DNA from: a virus
Taxonomy: Duplodnaviria; Caudoviricetes
IMG/VR virus record: IMGVR_UViG_3300046060_000001
Coordinates: 1 to 51,356 of that record
Strand: one strand, 5' to 3'
Length of the DNA stretch: 51,356 nt
Part shown: positions 9,338 through 17,723 of the stretch, piece by piece
Layout of the letters: the number at the start of each line of letters is the position of its first letter
Position numbering within the stretch: position 1 is the stretch's first letter
Position numbers and translations under genes: made by a program
The notes under the pieces: generated by a model
Told to the model about the DNA's origin: nothing
Seen by the model: only the letters and a program-made list of their open reading frames with translations
The model's database searches: none

Positions 9338-10363
9338 CTATTCTTCCGAGGACGGACCAACGATATGCCGGATGGTACCGTGACTGCGTTCCTTTACCAC
9401 ACAGATGGGTGAACCATCTTCAGCGTAGACGTCTATATCCCCCGAGAGCTGCCCCGAAAGCTTCTCTAGGCCCTCTCCGTAGAGGTTACGGAAGTCATCT
9501 CCCTCCTTGACCTCTCCAGGAAGCTCACCAGCGATGAAGTTCTGACTCCGGTTACCAACATCGAGACGGAACGTCCCGTTTTCGACCACCACGGGGTAGT
9601 TGTTCAGTTCCTCCCGCATTTCTACAACGTCAGTGATTTTATCGAGGGAGGACACAAAGGTCTCGATATGTGTCCCTGCTGGCTCCATATCGTTGTCCGG
9701 GTTGAGGAGCCTATCGTCGTCGTCGAACATATTCGGGAGGTCCAGCGGAACTTTTTCCAGGACTGACTCTGACCCCGGTAGCAGAAGCCCACTTTCGAGC
9801 TGCCCCTCTATGTGAAGGCGTTGAGCTAGACGACTCCCCTCTACTCCCTCGAACGTGAGTTTGACTTCCGAGTTACGGTCTCCAATCAGGGACAAGATGT
9901 CGAGTATGTCCGAGACTGAAATCATAGCCTCGCAGCTTCCCTGTAGTTCCTCCACTGCTCCCTCGGTGTAGTCCGAGTAAACTACCACTACGTTGCCGGG
10001 AGAGCCCGCGATCATTCGCATTACTCCATCCGGCTTGATGTTGATATACGGGTTGTCGTGATAGCTGATAGCGGTTTCTTCGAGGATACGCTCTATCTGA
10101 TTGACCGTACCCCGGATGGTTGCCTGAACGTCCGTATCGCTGGAGATCGGACTTACTGATTCTTCGATTTCCTTCTGTTGCTCTGATTTTTCCTCTTCTT
10201 TTTCCTCTTCTTCCTCTGTTTCCTCTGTCTCTTCCTCTTCTTCCTCGGTGGAAGCATCTTCTTCGGTGTCCTCAGCCTCGATGTCTGGTTCTTCGTCCTG
10301 TTCCTCCGTGTCTACTTCTGTTTCTGCTTCTGACATTTGCTCTGACTCTTTGTTAATCGTCAT
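9338..10363 (-). CDS. pcn: Sliding clamp (PCNA-like) with long acidic N-terminal extension
   Basis: Two-domain pattern of PCNA size; NVVVVY strand; C-terminal SPICVVK....IRHIVGP; located with RFC and PolB. Confidence 0.7.
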   Translation of the reverse strand: MTINKESEQMSEAETEVDTEEQDEEPDIEAEDTEEDASTEEEEEETEETEEEEEKEEEKSEQQKEIEESVSPISSDTDVQATIRGTVNQIERILEETAISYHDNPYINIKPDGVMRMIAGSPGNVVVVYSDYTEGAVEELQGSCEAMISVSDILDILSLIGDRNSEVKLTFEGVEGSRLAQRLHIEGQLESGLLLPGSESVLEKVPLDLPNMFDDDDRLLNPDNDMEPAGTHIETFVSSLDKITDVVEMREELNNYPVVVENGTFRLDVGNRSQNFIAGELPGEVKEGDDFRNLYGEGLEKLSGQLSGDIDVYAEDGSPICVVKERSHGTIRHIVGPSSEE

Positions 10364-10364
10364 T

Positions 10365-10982
10365 CTATACTAGCACCTCCGTGACCATATCATGGTCTTC
10401 GAATGGTATAACTACATCTGCTGGTATCTCCTCTGAGCTATCTATTATTGCAACGTATGTAATTTCCGGGAATTCCTCCAAGAGCCTTTCAGCTCTTTCT
10501 CGCTCCCAGTCATGATATACGTGACCCTTTACTTCTATAACTGTATCTCCTAGGTCGAAGTCAGGAGTGTATGTCCTACCATCCTCGAACTCGAAAGTCC
10601 TTCCTTCATAATCGTAGTCTATCCCCAGAGTGAATAGAAGTTTATCTATCTCAGCTTCCCATCCACTACTAACTATGTTTCCAGTTTCTTCTACACTTCT
10701 CCTCCGTCCACCACCACGAGTGTTTCCTTTACTAGCTTTTCCTATCTTCTCCTTAGCCTCCTCTGTATGTTCATGTCCATGAGCTGGATGGTCTTCTCCA
10801 GTTACTCCATAAAGTCGATGATTCTCGCCAGATAGACGGTGTGTCCCCTCCGCTGGATGAGTCTCCTTTGGGTCTGAGAGATACTCGTAGTAACATTCTC
10901 GGCTACAAAAGAAGTTCTCCTGCTCATCGGGGTCATCCACTTCTATTGTGTCTCCACAATTTGAACATCCAACCTCAGTCAT
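10365..10982 (-). CDS. Free-standing homing-type endonuclease: Zn finger + NUMOD3 + PD-(D/E)xK domain
   Basis: CSNC...FCSREC; HTEEAKEKIG (NUMOD3-like); SGWE...YE...YTPDF...IEVKG. Confidence 0.75.
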   Translation of the reverse strand: MTEVGCSNCGDTIEVDDPDEQENFFCSRECYYEYLSDPKETHPAEGTHRLSGENHRLYGVTGEDHPAHGHEHTEEAKEKIGKASKGNTRGGGRRRSVEETGNIVSSGWEAEIDKLLFTLGIDYDYEGRTFEFEDGRTYTPDFDLGDTVIEVKGHVYHDWERERAERLLEEFPEITYVAIIDSSEEIPADVVIPFEDHDMVTEVLV

Positions 10983-11841
10983 CTTCCTCGTCCTCCTCTG
11001 ACTGCCTGTAGAGCACATCGGGGTCCCCCTCGACGATATCTACCTCTTGGTCCGTGATCTCTGAGACCGGAATGTCCTCGTCGCTTTGTTCGGCCTCGTC
11101 TATGTCCTCGATGATTTCACTGACCTTGTCGAACGTCGGGAATCGGAGAAGCCCAAACCTATGCTTGGGTTTAGCTGCTTTCTTCAGGTTCGCGTGGGGA
11201 ACACCATCTGGTCCCTCGAACATGTGGAGCATCTCTGTGCACTTATGTTGATTGTCATTCTCCCCACGCGGCTTGTTGGGTGGTTCACTTGCGTCTCCAG
11301 TAAGAACCTCCCCGTAGTCGTCGTAGGAAGCAGCAGTCCAACACAAGTGGAAGGGGCTGTTGACCATGACCTCCCTGAACTCCTCATTATGGAGCTGTTT
11401 GATCATTTGCCAGTCGTCCTCGCCCTGAAGCTTACTTCCGAAGTCCACCTCGTGTGGATTCCGACCGGGGTAAGCCATCTCCGCATGTCGGGTCTGTGCC
11501 CAGTCCCACATGAGGGACATTGAATCGACAGCGAGAGTTCCGAGTACATCCTCCTCTTCGTAGTACTTCCGGAGGACTTTGAGTGCCTCGTCTAGAGCGT
11601 GTGTCGCTTCTGTATAGTCTGAAACCTCCCAGATGAACACCTCCTTGTCATCGAACTTGTGGGCTATATCGTGTGCCTTCTGCTCAGTGTCGATGATACA
11701 GACCGGTTCGGGCATCGTGTAGCAGAAGTGCGTCTTCGCAGTCCCCGGATTGCCGTAGACTAGGACTCTCCACGTATGAGCCTTTTCCTTGGCCTCTTCT
11801 ACAGTTATCGCTGAGCCGGTGATTTCGCTAACGTCTGGCAT
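10975..11841 (-). CDS. Sak4/AAA_24-like ATPase (phage single-strand annealing recombinase family)
   Basis: LVYGNPGTAKT Walker A, IIDTE, LAVDSMS Walker B. Confidence 0.75.
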   Translation of the reverse strand: MPDVSEITGSAITVEEAKEKAHTWRVLVYGNPGTAKTHFCYTMPEPVCIIDTEQKAHDIAHKFDDKEVFIWEVSDYTEATHALDEALKVLRKYYEEEDVLGTLAVDSMSLMWDWAQTRHAEMAYPGRNPHEVDFGSKLQGEDDWQMIKQLHNEEFREVMVNSPFHLCWTAASYDDYGEVLTGDASEPPNKPRGENDNQHKCTEMLHMFEGPDGVPHANLKKAAKPKHRFGLLRFPTFDKVSEIIEDIDEAEQSDEDIPVSEITDQEVDIVEGDPDVLYRQSEEDEEDD

Positions 11842-11845
11842 TGTC

Positions 11846-12841
11846 CTATATCGAACGCTCCCTTACATTTTCGTCCCGGGACTGGGTGGAGCCTCCGGAA
11901 TTGCTCGAACTTGTGTCCACTTCTTGTTCCAACTCCTGTGGGAGAACCGGGTCAACTGCAACGATGTTTGCCATTACCTGTCCGTCGTCGGTGGTCTTGG
12001 TAATCCCATACACATCGAGAATCGAACCCTTCCCGTAGTCCAAGATTTCCTTCTCCATCCAACAAGTCATCCCGATATCGTCTCCCCGAATTTTCGTACT
12101 CAGTTCGTCGGGGTCCACGACGGTATCGTCCTGGATGACGTATCGTGCCGAGTTATCCCCTATGTTGAGGTCTGCTACGTAGGCATCGGGAATCTTCCTA
12201 ACGTCGATTCCAAACTCGGCTGGATAACCATCGCTGTTCTGGACTGAGAGGTTCGAGGCAACCTCCTGTAACGTGACCTCGTCAACGTGTCCCTCAACGA
12301 GTTCCCGCATTTCATCTTCGTCCATCGAGGACTGGATCGCCTCTATGTTGGAATTGCCCTGTAGCTCGATGACGTATGCGTTGCTGAGTTTATCAGCATC
12401 TTGGATAGTCGCTTCGACCTCCACCATATTCCATGGCTCGAAGAGGTCTCTAAGGTCATCGAACGAAACTCCAACGTTTGGTACCTCGCTTTCTTCCATC
12501 CTTACCTGACACAGTCCAGCAGGGTCCTCGGGCGGAACTGCAATACCATGTCCCCTGAAAACTGGAGTGTCAAACGGAAGCGGACTATTGAAGCCCAGCG
12601 TAATGATCTCGAGTTCCTTCGTTTCGCCGAGGTTGATGAGATTACTTATCTCAGAGCGCGTGAGACCGAGGGCGTATTTCTCCTTTTTCTCGTCATCTAT
12701 GTCCCTCGTCATCTTTTCCTCGACTTCTTCCATCTTCTCCTCGAATTTGTCCTTAGCCCATTCGAGGTCTTTGTCGTCTGGAAGGTCTTCGAGAAGAGGC
12801 TCGATCTGTGATTCGAGTTTCTCTTCGGTTTGGTCGTTCAT
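11846..12841 (-). CDS. Putative OB-fold ssDNA-binding protein
   Basis: Beta-rich segments such as GSILDVYGITKTTDDGQVMANIVAV, polar tail, directly upstream of the Sak4-like gene. Confidence 0.45.
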   Translation of the reverse strand: MNDQTEEKLESQIEPLLEDLPDDKDLEWAKDKFEEKMEEVEEKMTRDIDDEKKEKYALGLTRSEISNLINLGETKELEIITLGFNSPLPFDTPVFRGHGIAVPPEDPAGLCQVRMEESEVPNVGVSFDDLRDLFEPWNMVEVEATIQDADKLSNAYVIELQGNSNIEAIQSSMDEDEMRELVEGHVDEVTLQEVASNLSVQNSDGYPAEFGIDVRKIPDAYVADLNIGDNSARYVIQDDTVVDPDELSTKIRGDDIGMTCWMEKEILDYGKGSILDVYGITKTTDDGQVMANIVAVDPVLPQELEQEVDTSSSNSGGSTQSRDENVRERSI

Positions 12842-12878
12842 ATATTGTAATGCATACTAGTTTTTGGTTTCTATGTAT

Positions 12879-13304
12879 TTAGATTCTTTGATCTGATGGT
12901 CGTTTTACTCCATCCTCTGCGAACTTGGAGATTCGAGCTACCCCGGACGATATCGAATGCGTAACGGCATCCGCCATTTCTATTGCCCACTTCGATAAAT
13001 CATCGTCGGGGGACACAATGGCAACGAAAAGGCCGTGGCGGTATGCCTCCCATGTTTCGGTTACAGCGCCCCATGATTCCATACCCGGGAATCTATACGT
13101 GAGAATTGCGTCACAGTCGAGCATTAGACCGAGGTCATCCCTGACTAACTTTTCTGGCGGTTTAGCCGGGTCTCTTGTCCCGTCATGGTAGTCTAGTGGG
13201 TCCACCCACTTTACTATGTCCAGTTCCCAGTCCTTTGCCTCCTCCCTCCATTCCTCCGGGTTACTGTTTTCCTTGCATGCTCCTGCGAGATAGCACCGTA
13301 TCAT
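12879..13304 (-). CDS. Nucleoside 2-deoxyribosyltransferase/nucleotide N-glycosidase family protein
   Basis: YLAG...WR...WVDP...DL..M..CDAIL...SWGAVTE..EA. Confidence 0.8.
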   Translation of the reverse strand: MIRCYLAGACKENSNPEEWREEAKDWELDIVKWVDPLDYHDGTRDPAKPPEKLVRDDLGLMLDCDAILTYRFPGMESWGAVTETWEAYRHGLFVAIVSPDDDLSKWAIEMADAVTHSISSGVARISKFAEDGVKRPSDQRI

Positions 13305-13328
13305 TGTGTTATATCGTGTGTGCGCGTT

Positions 13329-14240
13329 TTAGCTTGGGTCTGCGGTGACTCCATCTTCGTTGATCTGTATCCCAAACTCTTGGTTGCTCTGGCCAGGGTG
13401 ATTACGTATCAGGAGATTGCTCAATGCCCCACTCTTGTCCATCAACTTGATAACGAAGTTGACCGTGTGAAGCATAAGCGAGCCTCCGTAGATAATCGGT
13501 TCTGGCTGATACTGGGTGGGAGCTTCGTAGACTTGACAGGTAGCGAGTACGGGAATGTCCAGCCCAGCGGCCATATCCTCGATAGTCGTTAACTGTTGGC
13601 CCATTTCGTCAGAGCGTGATGTAAAGCTTTCTCGTCCACTGAATTCCTCGTTTAATCTAAACCGGGACGTGAACGAGTCTATGGCCACGAGCGAGAGTTC
13701 GTCGAATTGCTCCATGACCGTTCGGTACGCAGTTTTCATCTGTTCGATATCATAGGCGGAGACCTTGTATACTTCATCCTGGATCTCCTTATTGAACATC
13801 TGGCGAATGCGCTCTCCCCTATACCGTCCGCGTTCGGTTTCTATGTAGACAGCGGGCTTTTCTGTCGCTTCTACTGCCCTTCCGCATGACTGGAAAATCA
13901 TCTGTGTCTTTCCTGCTCCAGTCTCTCCACCGATAGCAACCACGTACCCACTCTCCCATCCCCCTTCGAGAGCGTCGTCCAATCGCTGTATTCCAGTCGG
14001 TATTTTATCCTTCTCGTCGAACTCTTTCCTGACCTCTTCGCCCGATTGGATCGTAACCGCCCTTTGTCGAGCCTGTCTTACGAGGTTTTTGGATGCGTTC
14101 TTGGGAGCGCCTGCTTCTTTGAGGTCCTCTATTTCAGCGTTCTTGTTCTTGATATCCTCAAGCGAGCCGTAGCCAGCGTCTGTAAGTCTGTCTGCTACGG
14201 CTTTTCCCACCCCATCTACTTCCCTCAGATTCGTTTCCAT
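13329..14240 (-). CDS. radA: RadA-like recombinase with N-terminal HhH
   Basis: VDGVGKAVADRL HhH; IPTGIQRLDDALEGG; GETGAGKTQ; YIETE; AIDSF; GGSLMLH. Confidence 0.9.
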   Translation of the reverse strand: METNLREVDGVGKAVADRLTDAGYGSLEDIKNKNAEIEDLKEAGAPKNASKNLVRQARQRAVTIQSGEEVRKEFDEKDKIPTGIQRLDDALEGGWESGYVVAIGGETGAGKTQMIFQSCGRAVEATEKPAVYIETERGRYRGERIRQMFNKEIQDEVYKVSAYDIEQMKTAYRTVMEQFDELSLVAIDSFTSRFRLNEEFSGRESFTSRSDEMGQQLTTIEDMAAGLDIPVLATCQVYEAPTQYQPEPIIYGGSLMLHTVNFVIKLMDKSGALSNLLIRNHPGQSNQEFGIQINEDGVTADPS

Positions 14241-14290
14241 TCGTACATTGAACTTGAAGTGCGGGGATTATAAAAACTTGGGTATCTAAA
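14241..14290 (-). promoter_or_regulatory. Archaeal TATA promoter upstream of radA
   Basis: Minus strand ACCCAAG-TTTTTATAA about 27-36 nt upstream of the ATG. Confidence 0.55.
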
Positions 14291-14292
14291 TA

Positions 14293-14820
14293 TCAAATGT
14301 CAAGCTCGTCCAATGTAGCGATATCTCCCACGGGCTCCCCTTCCATGAGCGCTGTGAACGACGTCATCTCCTTTCGCTGCTCCTTCTTGATTCTAAACGA
14401 CGTAACCGGTTCTCCCCGATGTAACTTCTCCTCTATCCCTTCGAGGAACGTTTCAGTCGGAATCGCGGAGTAGAACTCGGTATCGTACGGGAACCGAACG
14501 GTCGCGAGTGGGATAGCGCCCCAATCGTATGCCCACGCTATAAGCTCCCACAACTCAGGCGTCCCAAACCGTATCGTTTCTCCGCCAGTCTTCTTGAGTT
14601 CGTGACCGAACAGTATAGGCCCCATGACCACTCCCTTCTGTCCAGAGGGGACAAGTGACGGATTCTGCCACGGTTTCGCCTCTGCTTTCATTTGAATTCC
14701 CACAACGTCAGGCAAATCATATGACGTGCCCCCTCCACTTGCGGGAATTCGTATTCCCACCGAATCGTGCTCGTAGTATCTGTCCCGTAGTCCTCTTTCA
14801 TATCCGCTACCGTTGCCCAT
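14293..14820 (-). CDS. hjc: Archaeal-type Holliday junction resolvase
   Basis: GSGYER.L...IRIPASGGG...LPDVV...ELK motifs. Confidence 0.85.
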   Translation of the reverse strand: MGNGSGYERGLRDRYYEHDSVGIRIPASGGGTSYDLPDVVGIQMKAEAKPWQNPSLVPSGQKGVVMGPILFGHELKKTGGETIRFGTPELWELIAWAYDWGAIPLATVRFPYDTEFYSAIPTETFLEGIEEKLHRGEPVTSFRIKKEQRKEMTSFTALMEGEPVGDIATLDELDI

Positions 14821-14994
14821 TTATACCACCTCCCCCGTTCGCTCTTTCGGGGACGGGAGCAGGTCCGATTCGATTTTCCGTGCCGTAGAGTTACCTATAC
14901 CTTCGATTCTGTGGAGTTGTGCGGGAGTACATGCAATTCTCTCACTTGGTGTGGGGAATTGGTCGGATATCATTTCACCGGTTTGTGCGCCCAT
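14821..14994 (-). CDS. Stand-alone HhH-domain microprotein, or remnant paralogous to the ERCC4 C-terminus
   Basis: GAQTGEMISDQFPTP...LHRIEGIGNSTARKI aligns with ERCC4 GVQTGEKISDHFPYP...LTLIDGVGATTARKI; TAATG coupling. Confidence 0.55.
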   Translation of the reverse strand: MGAQTGEMISDQFPTPSERIACTPAQLHRIEGIGNSTARKIESDLLPSPKERTGEVV

Positions 14995-15215
14995 TAGGCC
15001 ACCTCCACCCATTTCACTCCAGTCCGCCGTCCGACAAGTTTCAGAACTTCGCATCCATCTAATACAACCTCGATTTCCACAAACTTCTGAGTGCTTTCCT
15101 GCCCTGACGGAACAGCCTCGTAATCGCCACTATTCGCGTCATAGATATCGATAAAACATTCTCCGCATTCGCAAAACGGGCGCACAGTACCAGTAGGCTT
15201 CGGCTTGTACGTCAT
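14994..15215 (-). CDS. Hypothetical protein with CECGEC
   Basis: Coupled ORF with Cys cluster. Confidence 0.5.
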   Translation of the reverse strand: MTYKPKPTGTVRPFCECGECFIDIYDANSGDYEAVPSGQESTQKFVEIEVVLDGCEVLKLVGRRTGVKWVEVA

Positions 15216-15263
15216 TGGCCTTCTTCCTCTCTCGCTCCTTCGGGGGACAGGAGTGAGCAGTTC

Positions 15264-15932
15264 TCAGGCATCGTACTCCTCCGGGTTGAACGAGGAGACA
15301 ATTTTCCGTGCCGTGGTAGCCCCCACACCGTCGATGAGAGTTAGCTGTTGCGGTTCTAAGCCGATCAAGCCACTGGGGTAGGGGAAGTGGTCGGAAATTT
15401 TTTCTCCCGTTTGTACGCCAATCCCGTCAATCGTCGTCAGGAAGCGCACCATGGGGTCCTCGATCTCTCTAAAGCTAGAATCCGAGTTGATTATTACCTC
15501 TTTGCTCTCGTCGTTCGCCTTCTCGCCCATCCTAATCATCATATCTATCATGATATCCATGTTCGAGCAGAACACTATGGGGACTCTAAACCGTGCCATG
15601 AGCGATGCGCAATAGCCTCTAACAGACTCCGACGGGGGACCGTGAGAGTCTTGGCCTACCTCCGAGATGTCTCCCTGTATTAGCACGAAGAACTCCCGCT
15701 CGCCGTCCATCATTCTTTTGATCTGCGACTTGAGGCGGCCATCCGTCATCGACGATTCCAAGTCTCCTACCGTTTTCCGCTCAAAGAGCGCGCTACCGAT
15801 TTCGTAGTCGCCAACGGTCAGTTCAGCCTCGGGCTCGATGGTCGTTATACGGTCTCGCAAAAGAAGGCGCTCTACGACTTCGTCCGGCTCGCGGTGGTCT
15901 ATTATTATTTTCTCTTCTACTACTTTTCCCAT
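15264..15932 (-). CDS. ERCC4/XPF-family structure-specific endonuclease with HhH2
   Basis: IIDHRE, VGDY, FERKTVGDL, GRL..Q; two HhH motifs; likely start ATG 15932. Confidence 0.92.
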   Translation of the reverse strand: MGKVVEEKIIIDHREPDEVVERLLLRDRITTIEPEAELTVGDYEIGSALFERKTVGDLESSMTDGRLKSQIKRMMDGEREFFVLIQGDISEVGQDSHGPPSESVRGYCASLMARFRVPIVFCSNMDIMIDMMIRMGEKANDESKEVIINSDSSFREIEDPMVRFLTTIDGIGVQTGEKISDHFPYPSGLIGLEPQQLTLIDGVGATTARKIVSSFNPEEYDA

Positions 15933-15975
15933 TACGTACTGATTAAAATTCAAAATACATAAATGTTTAGGTCTG

Positions 15976-16182
15976 TCACTTACTCCTCTCTTTATCTATT
16001 TCGTAATACCTCTTTCTTGCTATGATTCCTATTACTAAGCTTGTGATGAACGAGGCGAAGGCATACCACGGTTCTTTACGGATTTGACTCCATGCTCTAG
16101 TGATTCCGAGGAGAAATCCAAAACATCCAAGGATTGCTGCGTGTACTTCTATAGGGGTTAATTCGTTGTCGTTAGTTGTCAT
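15976..16182 (-). CDS. Small membrane protein
   Basis: Two hydrophobic segments. Confidence 0.6.
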   Translation of the reverse strand: MTTNDNELTPIEVHAAILGCFGFLLGITRAWSQIRKEPWYAFASFITSLVIGIIARKRYYEIDKERSK

Positions 16183-16540
16183 AGTCTCGTATCATCTTTT
16201 CTATAGTCTGTCCAACTCTAATGACCCCTCCTGCCCCGAACCAGGCCATGATGGACAGTAGCCAAAGGAACGCAAATCCAACTAGGAGGAACAACAAAAA
16301 CGGTGCAAGGACAGTTCTCCATACTAACTTGATGGGTAGTTCTCCCGTGATGACGAAATCTAACTTGATCCCTCCCATCGCTATTAGCATCGTGCCAGTT
16401 AGAAGTATGACGAGGATTAAAACTACGGGACAAATTCCAACCGCTTGGATTATCCTTCTGGAAAAGCCCTTCTGCTTTCTGAGGTGTACCTCGTCTGGGT
16501 CCGTACTCTGTAGTCCTTCTTTATCTGGTTCTTTGCTCAT
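16172..16540 (-). CDS. Membrane protein (2 TM)
   Basis: Two long hydrophobic stretches. Confidence 0.65.
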   Translation of the reverse strand: MSKEPDKEGLQSTDPDEVHLRKQKGFSRRIIQAVGICPVVLILVILLTGTMLIAMGGIKLDFVITGELPIKLVWRTVLAPFLLFLLVGFAFLWLLSIMAWFGAGGVIRVGQTIEKMIRDYDN

Positions 16541-16875
16541 TCGTCTTCTTCATTCATTCCAGCAGCCTCGGAAATAGCCTCCGTCGGTTCCTGTATCTCA
16601 AATGCATCGTAGATCTGCCATGCGGCGAATAATTCAAGGGACAGGATGACAACATAGCCAAGGCCTCTGAGCCACGAAACCACTATGAAATCTCCATGGA
16701 GTGGCTCAGATGCTATCATAGCTGCTCCCAGTCCAAGAATCGCAAAAGCAGCTATGTATCTATCATCTATTTTGCGTTGACAGACCGCTCGAAGATACAC
16801 AGCTATAGAAACTCCCACCGCGCCCGTAAACATTCCAACGAAGTCCACTATATGGGGTGTATTAACGTGAGCCAT
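16537..16875 (-). CDS. Membrane protein (3 TM), holin-like position
   Basis: Three hydrophobic helices and acidic tail; start ATG 16875. Confidence 0.6.
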   Translation of the reverse strand: MAHVNTPHIVDFVGMFTGAVGVSIAVYLRAVCQRKIDDRYIAAFAILGLGAAMIASEPLHGDFIVVSWLRGLGYVVILSLELFAAWQIYDAFEIQEPTEAISEAAGMNEEDE

Positions 16876-17089
16876 TATCCTCCCCCTCCTCTCCAACGTT
16901 GATAGAGATCGGTAATCTGTCGCTCATCAAGTCGACTCCGAGCAGTACTGAGATTATTGCTAGCAGAAGAAATATCCTGCTTTGATTCGCGGACAAATCC
17001 TTTATCAGAAAGTCTAGGAAGAACATAGCCAGCAACGTTATTATTGTCAGCAGTCCTCCAACTGCTCTGGCCACCTTTATCCAATTCAC
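16862..17089 (-). CDS. Small membrane protein (2 TM), holin-like
   Basis: Two TM helices; GTG start; follows the tail genes. Confidence 0.6.
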   Translation of the reverse strand: MNWIKVARAVGGLLTIITLLAMFFLDFLIKDLSANQSRIFLLLAIISVLLGVDLMSDRLPISINVGEEGEDNGSR

Positions 17090-17230
17090 TTTGTCTCACC
17101 CAATTAAACTCATGTATTCTTCCAGCCATAAGTTTCTATCCTACCTAGTTCCTTCATCGTTTCCACTGTTCATAGCCGTTAATGGTTTTTGATGGTCCTG
17201 AATCTTTAAACCAAGGTTCAGCTGGTCTAT

Positions 17231-17683
17231 TTAATCGAACGCCCCGGTTCCAAATCCTAGTCGATTTGCCCATTCCTCAGGAGTTAACCGGCGATATTCC
17301 GGTCCAAGTTGCTCGGATAATTCCTCGAATGCCTGAACCACTGCTTGCTCAGTGATTCCTGACAAGTCTATCCGAAATTCGTCGTTTAAATATTCTGCGA
17401 GTTGCTCAGGTGTTACCGTCGAGCGCTCAGATTCCCCAACTAACCAAGTATCGACGTCGATGATAGCCTCGTCATGTATTGGTTCTTCAGCGGTTACACT
17501 TGCAACATAAACTTGTCCTGAAACATTCGAAAAGCCCGGGAAATCAGGCGGCTTCGATATTAGCGACCCGTTGAAGCCCTCGACATCCTTTCTATCAACA
17601 TACTTTGGTTGAGAAACTTCTTCTCCAGTCGTCGAGTCAGTTGTCTGTACTACTGGTAAAACGTATACTTTTGTCTCTGTCAT
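17231..17683 (-). CDS. Hypothetical tail-associated protein
   Basis: Directly downstream of the adhesin gene. Confidence 0.55.
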   Translation of the reverse strand: MTETKVYVLPVVQTTDSTTGEEVSQPKYVDRKDVEGFNGSLISKPPDFPGFSNVSGQVYVASVTAEEPIHDEAIIDVDTWLVGESERSTVTPEQLAEYLNDEFRIDLSGITEQAVVQAFEELSEQLGPEYRRLTPEEWANRLGFGTGAFD

Positions 17684-17723
17684 GGTATCAACCGGAAGAA
17701 CCTCGCTCCGGCGGGGTCATCGG

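Noticed and set aside
14821-15430. Diversity-generating retroelement TR/VR pair
   Set aside because: Differences are not adenine-specific and no reverse transcriptase is in the window
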